In this document: positions 61,258-64,000 of the stretch, piece by piece
Layout of the letters: every line of letters begins with the position of its first letter
How positions within the stretch are numbered: position 1 is the first letter of the stretch
Source of the DNA: the human T2T-CHM13v2.0 reference genome, Homo sapiens
Assembly: GCF_009914755.1 (NCBI RefSeq)
Contig: NC_060932.1
DNA: 64,000 nucleotides
Reading direction: 5' to 3' (one strand)
The notes under the pieces: generated by a model
What the model was told of the DNA's origin: nothing
The model's database searches: none
Seen by the model: the letters and a program-made list of their open reading frames with translations, nothing else
Translations under genes and position numbers: made by a program

Positions 61258-61954
61258 ATTTTATCCTATAGCTGATGAGTATTAACTCACCAACTCAATA
61301 ATTTTAATTAGAATAGAATATATTTTGAGCTGGACCTTTGCATAGACAAAACCACTATGACCAATTAAAATATTTTATGTGTAAGTAAAATTGATTTTAA
61401 CTAACTCTAGTTTGCAAATTAATATGAAATTAAACATTTAAAAAGAAATTTATACCTTCATGTGTACCAGGTGAGTCTATGTGCTTGGACAGGATTTCTG
61501 AATGATTTTTCATTTTTAGTCTATCAAAACATATATATTTTATGCAGACTTTGTTTAAATTTGAACTTTAAAAAACTTCCTGGAAGTAGAAAGTGTTGGT
61601 AACTCATCGAGTATATATTCTTTGGAAGATGTTAGGTTCAGGATTATGAATGCAGTTTATGAAATTAAAAGCAGCTACAGAATTGTTCTATTTTCAATTG
61701 TTTGGAAAAGCCCACTGAAATAGACACAATAAGGCATGAAGCCTTAAAATAATGCTTTGCTTTTGTTATATGTATAAGAAATACATTCCTTACAGTTTAC
61801 TTCTGTTATATTTTGCTTTATTTGAAGTACTAAAGCTTTATATTGTACAAGACCTTTACATATATTTGGAAGTTAGAACTTGTTTCTCAAAACTTGAAGT
61901 ATTATTAGGCCATATTTATTCATATCACATTTTCATTCTTTAATTTGTGTTTAG

Positions 61955-62030
61955 GAAATGGTTGGTTTCTTGATGATGTTGTTATCAAGGATCCCACAAC
62001 AAATTACGAATATGCCTTCTTCTGTCACAG
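61955..62030 (+). CDS. RP1: RP1 alternative exon F (PLAT2: GNGWFLDDVVIKDPTTNYEYAFFCHR)
   Basis: tgtgtttag|GA ... CACAG|gtttgt, phase 1-2. GWFLDxVxI...YxFxCxR motif. Confidence 0.9.
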
Positions 62031-62913
62031 GTTTGTAGGTGTACTTTTACATCGAAAAAATCCATTTCATGTTAGTTCCAAGTTTGTGCATTGAGAACTG
62101 GGTAACTTATTTAGTTGTTCCTAGTCACTGAGTCTTTGTTGGGTAACTTTTGTGAACATTAATTTTAGTGGCTCTTTATGCTATTGAGACAGACATTTAT
62201 TATGTTTATCATCATTCCTAATGATAGAAATTTAATATTTAATGGTAAATTAAGATAGATTCTTAAAAATATTACCTCTCTGTACATATCAGAAAGAAAA
62301 ATGAAAGTCTCTGACAAGAAAACATATTCCCTTTGGACTAGGTCCCAAATTAGGTTAAAAAATAATAAATATACACAGTGTTTCATGTAGCTTTTTATAC
62401 AGAGATGATAGTGCTTACTTACTATCAACAGACCTTGATTTTTGAGTTATTTTCCCAGCAGTGGTGATAGATTTGCTTTCGTGATAGATTTGCTTTTTTT
62501 TTTCTTTGACACTTTCCTGCCTCTTTTCCTATGGAACCCATAGTAACCATTTATGAAATAACTGATTAGGGTTTGAACTATATTTAGTGGCCAAAGGACA
62601 GGATAAATTGATCCAGTGAATATAACATCTACGACTTTGACAGTTAGCAGGCTGATTGAGTAACTCACCTGTGTTATTAGGCAAAAACATATTTTAGCCT
62701 TACCAGATAGTAACTGCTGCTTCTACCTCCCTTGCAGTCTTAGAGTCATTTTAGGATTTTCTTTTCCATTCTGTACTGCTCTGCCTTTGAGAGCCAGATA
62801 GCCACGTCTTTTCCCTTTCCTGCTATCTTGTATTTCTGACTTGGGAAGATAATTGCCAATGGTTAATGTAAATATAAAGTCTGAAAATAATCGATACACT
62901 TTTCTTTTCACAG

Positions 62914-62990
62914 ATGGCTAGATCAGGGGGAAGATGATTGTAAAATTGTCAGAGAACTGTATGCCAGGGATAACAGTATCTTCTCTGCGA
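62914..62990 (+). CDS. RP1: RP1 alternative exon G (PLAT2 end: RWLDQGEDDCKIVRELYARDNSIFSA)
   Basis: cttttcacag|A ... GCGA|gtaggt, phase 2-1. RWLDxxEDDxKIVREL motif. Confidence 0.88.
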
Positions 62991-63089
62991 GTAGGTATCA
63001 TGTATACACATTTCCTGGAAAACTCTTTTATGATGACTGGAGAAAGCATGACACTTCTGAAATTAATTGCCCTCTCTTTATCTTCTCAG

Positions 63090-63121
63090 GGCAGAAATTG
63101 GAACTTAAGAGAAAAGAAACA
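63090..63121 (+). CDS. RP1: RP1 alternative 32-nt micro-exon H (RQKLELKRKET linker)
   Basis: Pyrimidine tract ctctctttatcttctcag|GG ... ACA|gtaaga, phase 1-0. Needed to reconcile the phases of G and I. Confidence 0.75.
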
Positions 63122-63297
63122 GTAAGATTTTGTTTGGGCTTTAGATTATCTCATATAAACAATGTTCAAATGACTATTTGATGTGTTAAAACAAAACAGC
63201 CTATAGAGTTTAGTAAGTGCTGTTTCTTAGCAATTTCTTCTCTTTGTTTCTTCTCATACTGGTGTTTTCATTTGTTTTGCTTTGTTTTTCTTTTTAG

Positions 63298-63427
63298 TGG
63301 ACTGCAGAAAGCTGGAAGTTTACAAAAGGAAATACTCTTCAGTTCTATAACAAGCTGACTGGAGGGTTTGTCCGTTTGCATCCAGATGGCACAGTTGACG
63401 CCATTGGAGAGAAGACAGACAAATATG
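63298..63427 (+). CDS. RP1: RP1 alternative exon I (WTAESWKFTKGNTLQFYNKLTGGFVRLHPDGTVDAIGEKTDKYG; probable beta-trefoil repeat); gene continues beyond the window
   Basis: Long T tract ttctttttag|TGG ... TATG|gtaaaa, phase 0-1. The GxxxQ...TGxFVRLxxDGTVDAxG pattern resembles fascin/FGF/ricin-type trefoil strands. Confidence 0.8.
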
Positions 63428-64000
63428 GTAAAACTATCGTACAAAGCTTGTGGTGCTGGACAGGTCTGGGAGTTAAAGGAAGGTAGATTTCTAGACACAG
63501 TTTAATTTATAGTTTTGTTCTTTTTACAGATGGCTTTACACAAGTGTTAGGCCATTTAAATAATTTACTATCTGTATTAATAGAAATGATAAATAGATGA
63601 CAGGCTTTAAATCTGGGCACTGTGAAAAATATATATATTTGGTATTAATTAATTGAAGAATAAAATGTAGGCAGTTATCAAAACACCATGTTAAATAATT
63701 TGAGGGCCAGAGAAAATAACTAAAATATTATTCTATATTTCAGACATTCATAATCTAATGAAGAAGACAAATACAACAATTCTAATAATTATTATTTGTA
63801 GCTAGTGTCATAATAAATGTACAAAGGAAAAACAAGGCAAGGAAAAACTAGATTTGATGTGTAATATCTGCATGTCATGAAGCTGTAACCATGAGAATTA
63901 ACAAAAGAGTAAACGGATGATGGTAGATGTTTGACTATAAACCCAAACCTCCAACTCTTTTTGAATTTGGATCTTCATTATTTAAACAATATTTGCCTGC

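Overview
Human-like (Alu/L1-rich, contains an AluYa5) genomic DNA covering most of the RP1 locus (retinitis pigmentosa 1, photoreceptor axonemal microtubule-associated protein) on the + strand. Coding exons 2, 3 and the giant terminal exon 4 join in frame to the canonical 2156-aa protein; exon 1 and the promoter appear to lie upstream of the window. The main hidden structure is a chain of nine small exons between 32.4 and 63.4 kb, all with canonical AG/GT ends and matching phases. They splice in frame onto exon 3 when exon 4 is skipped and encode two PLAT/LH2 (LOXHD1-like) domains plus the start of a probable beta-trefoil domain, giving a DCX-DCX-PLAT-PLAT-... isoform that continues past the window end. 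Also notable: a distal-branch-point / AG-exclusion-zone acceptor on exon 4, a rod-photoreceptor-type motif cluster in intron 1, a Cys hexapeptide repeat in exon 4, a complex templated inverted insertion at 50.4-51.0 kb, and many transposable elements. Repeat subfamily names come from recall of consensus sequences and should be confirmed with RepeatMasker/Dfam.
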